39,121 nucleotides of DNA, taken from positions 68,012,344 through 68,051,464 of the forward strand of contig NC_068991.1 of the NCBI RefSeq assembly GCF_001194135.2, written 5' to 3'. The notes beneath the pieces were generated by a model. That model saw only the letters and a program-made list of their open reading frames with translations, ran no database searches and had not been told where the DNA came from. Positions 36,200 to 39,121 of this stretch are shown here, piece after piece; the first letter of the stretch is position 1; each line of letters begins with the position of its first letter. Source of the DNA: Octopus bimaculoides. Lineage: Eukaryota. The translations under genes were made by a program, and so were the position numbers.

Positions 36200-36310
36200 T
36201 TCGAAAGTTCTCCATGACACCTGATGAAGGCTAGAGGGTATATCAGCCGAAAATTTGTGTTAACAACAAACAAAATGAGGACAAATATCCGTTAAATGTA
36301 AATAATGTAA
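36082..36310 (+). mobile_element. tRNA-derived SINE-like unit: Pol III head, (AAT)14, hammerhead-bearing tail
   Basis: A-box TGGCGTAGTGG (36089-36099), B-box AGTTCGATTCC (36133-36143), (AAT)n 36157-36198, tail ending aatgtaaataatgtaa. Confidence 0.7.
36215..36262 (+). ncRNA. Minimal type I hammerhead ribozyme motif (Penelope-type)
   Basis: Stem I TGACAC/GTGTTA (6 bp with one G-U); core CTGATGA 36221-36227 plus extra A; stem II GGCT/AGCC; GAAA 36249-36252; palindromic AATT stem III; predicted cleavage after U36256. Confidence 0.7.
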
Positions 36311-36540
36311 ATATATTTGAATATGTGTGTGTGTTTGAGTTCTTTTATGTCGAATGCATAACAGCTATTCGATATAAAACAATAAAATAGTTGAATAATA
36401 CGTAGGCTCTTGGGTGGACTTGATGGACTAAAGGACTCGGAAGTGGTGTCCAAGAATGGTCGCTCTTAACTGGTGGAAACCAAGGGGAAAGGATGAACGA
36501 CTAAAATATGTATATATGATTGTATGCATGTATGTAAGTA

Positions 36541-36685
36541 TTGGGTTGTCCGGAAAGATCGTGCCGATTTTTCAAGGAAAGAAAAAGGTCAATAAATACT
36601 TGCCATTACATTTTTAATCAACCAAATACGAACCATTTTGTTGCACAATGCGTCTCCATCTTTCCTTTAACTTGAAAATACCCTC
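36541..36685 (-). mobile_element. Mariner (Tc1/mariner) transposon 3' end: transposase C-terminus plus TIR
   Basis: Minus strand 36685-36614 encodes EGIFKLKERWRRIVQQNGSYLVD* (mariner GIxKLxxRWxxxxxxNGxY motif). TIR-like ttgggttgtccggaaag is preceded by TA at 36539-36540. Confidence 0.88.
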
Positions 36686-37155
36686 GACAAAATATGAGCT
36701 GATCTTGGGATAAAGAATTACATCATTTACATCCATGCACATGTATGCTTANNNNNNNNNNNNNNNNNNNNNNNNNNNNNNNNNNNNNNNNNNNNNNNNN
36801 NNNNNNNNNNNNNNNNNNNNNNNNNNNNNNNNNNNNNNNNNNNNNNNNNNNNNNNNNNNNNNNNNNNNNNNNNNNNNNNNNNNNNNNNNNNNNNNNNNNN
36901 NNNNNNNNNNNNNNNNNNNNNNNNNNNNNNNNNNNNNNNNNNNNNNNNNNNNNNNNNNNNNNNNNNNNNNNNNNNNNNNNNNNNNNNNNNNNNNNNNNNN
37001 NNNNNNTATATATATATATATATATATATATTTACTGTATGTAGCTTATGTTATTTAATACGTGCCATATTAACCCACGTGTAATACAATGTGAATGGCT
37101 TATATAAGATATATGGCTGATTTGTAAGGCACACAAGCATACTAACACACACACA

Positions 37156-37198
<43 letters not shown>

Positions 37199-38759
37199 CG
37201 TAAAGTCAAAACAGTAAAAAGTAAAAGAGTAGAAGGTGAGTGAATGAGTGTGTAACTGAAAGATAGATAGATAGATAGGCAGAGAGAGAGAGAGAGAGAG
37301 AGCGAGACAGGTGGGGAGCTGAGAAGGTGACGAGAGCTGTTATGAATCATGACAATATTGGATCAGTCACTGCCATACAGACAATCTTTAGTTGTGTTCA
37401 AGTTTATGTAGTTCTGATTTAACCTCAGGTCAACTTCAACTGAGCAAACCTTTGATACTTGACTACAGCGCCACCGCAAATAAATCGATGGTTGAACCCA
37501 GGTTTAGAGGCGAAATACCAGCCGTGTGTCATCAAGTAGTTTGTTCTCTCTGAAGCCGTGAAAATTAAGTTGTAGTCAATGAATTACTATTGGTGCGACG
37601 GTTTTTCTCTGTAATAGATATAATCTGCTTAACATGACTTGCTGGGCAAGTGAAAGAAAAACATGAAGATATGATGCATAAAAATATTCAGCAGGGAAAA
37701 TAATAAACATTCGGGGCGAACAGAAAGGCAGAAAATTCAAATATCGTAAAAACCAGAGTCTGAAGAAATTTAGTAACGTTCTGCATCCGTAAACATTATA
37801 GAATAGATCGAGGGACTTGGATAAGTTCATATACCGCAGAGAGAAGAGTTCCCTAGCATTTTAGGAAGAAAGAGACTTTTCATTCTGCTGAAACATCTCT
37901 TTTCTATCAGATGAACGCTCAATCCTGAAGTGTCAGATTAATTTTCTCCCTACGGCATAAGAACTTATCGAAACTCATGAAATTCTAGAAAATAGGGTTC
38001 TTTTTGTTTTGTCATACTCAATTGTCATCTGATGAAAATCTTTGACACGCGATATTATCTTCTTGATTGACGTTGAGTTCCAGATTTCGATATTTGACTC
38101 GACCGTTTCCTTCAATATTGTTGATGGCGATGAATCTTTAACTTCTGATTTTCAGGAAGAAAAGATTGTAATCTTGGAGACTTTCGTAGGCGCTTAACTG
38201 TTTCATTGACGTTGTTTTTTTAGTGAAGACTGTTTGTAATTTGTCTCACGACTATCTGTGTGATTTAATTACTTGTAAAACTGGTGTTTATGGCTTTCTT
38301 GGCGATAGTTTTCGGGTAGGTTCGGGGACTGTGTACGCATGGTTACTATGAACGATTAATGACTATATAACTTGAATAAATGTATAGGGTTATACATGCT
38401 CTGCATAGTGAGTGTATGGAGTGGATGACAATAAAGGCATAGAGATCTGAGGAACAATGAACAAATAAAACAAATTACATCTATGTAAATAATTGTGTCT
38501 GTCTATCAATGAATATATATATGTATGTATGTGTGCGTGCGTGTACGTGTGTGTGAGTATGTGCATTTGTGTATGTATGTACGCGCATGTATATATATGA
38601 TAGTATATATATGATAGTATATATATGATAGTATATATATGTATGTATGTGTTTATGAACGTATCTGTTTGCATCTTTGCTTGTGTACATATATGTAAAT
38701 ATGAATGCATGTGTGCTTGTATAGACACAGGAATTTATATGTATATAGATAATACGTAC

Positions 38760-38795
<36 letters not shown>

Positions 38796-39083
38796 CAACG
38801 TGTTTGTGTGCATCTGTGTGCATGCATACATACATATATACATATATACATACTTACACACACGTAAATACATATATACATATATACACACATTCATACA
38901 TACACACACTTACATACACACACGCATGCATATGTATGTACGTGTCCATATTCACCTCTTTATACGTGTGCACAATATCAATTCTGTGAGTGTCTACCTA
39001 CATATATTTGTATATCTATGTGTGTATACATATATATATGTGTATGTATGCTAGAAAAAAAAAGACAGAAAGAAAGAAAGAGT

Positions 39084-39121
<38 letters not shown>

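Noticed and set aside
37568-38330. Unique island that might be minus-strand exons or UTR
   Set aside because: Only short open frames; one plausible acceptor (near 37645) but no supporting upstream exon, so it is not called.

Overview
Eukaryotic, AT-rich, mostly intronic/intergenic DNA from a gapped short-read assembly: 14 N-runs totalling about 6.7 kb, nearly all flanked by microsatellites. The extreme microsatellite density and the SINE families look like an octopus (coleoid cephalopod) genome; this is an inference from recalled repeat families, not a database result. Almost every ORF in the supplied track is an artefact of microsatellites or N-runs. Supportable content: (1) about 20 tRNA-derived SINE copies or fragments from several families; (2) four short non-LTR 3' fragments embedded in triplet arrays, mostly (TAA)n, one retaining an R4/Dong-type endonuclease C-terminus (QKIVLMGTAHILRKIL); (3) a Helentron-associated (HINE/DINE-1-like) element; (4) the 3' end of a mariner transposon; (5) the probable last three coding exons of an unidentified + strand gene (131-7199) and scattered candidate exons of a second + strand transcript (12.4-34.4 kb). 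Most notable: a tRNA-headed SINE-like unit whose tail folds as a Penelope-type minimal hammerhead ribozyme (36215-36262), a 204-bp fold-back palindrome built from SINE sequence and centred on the SINE's own hairpin (10887-11090), SINE copies with partial-tandem or inverted termini, and a 56-nt near-perfect hairpin (30921-30976). No CRISPR array, rRNA, intact tRNA or prokaryotic operon is present.
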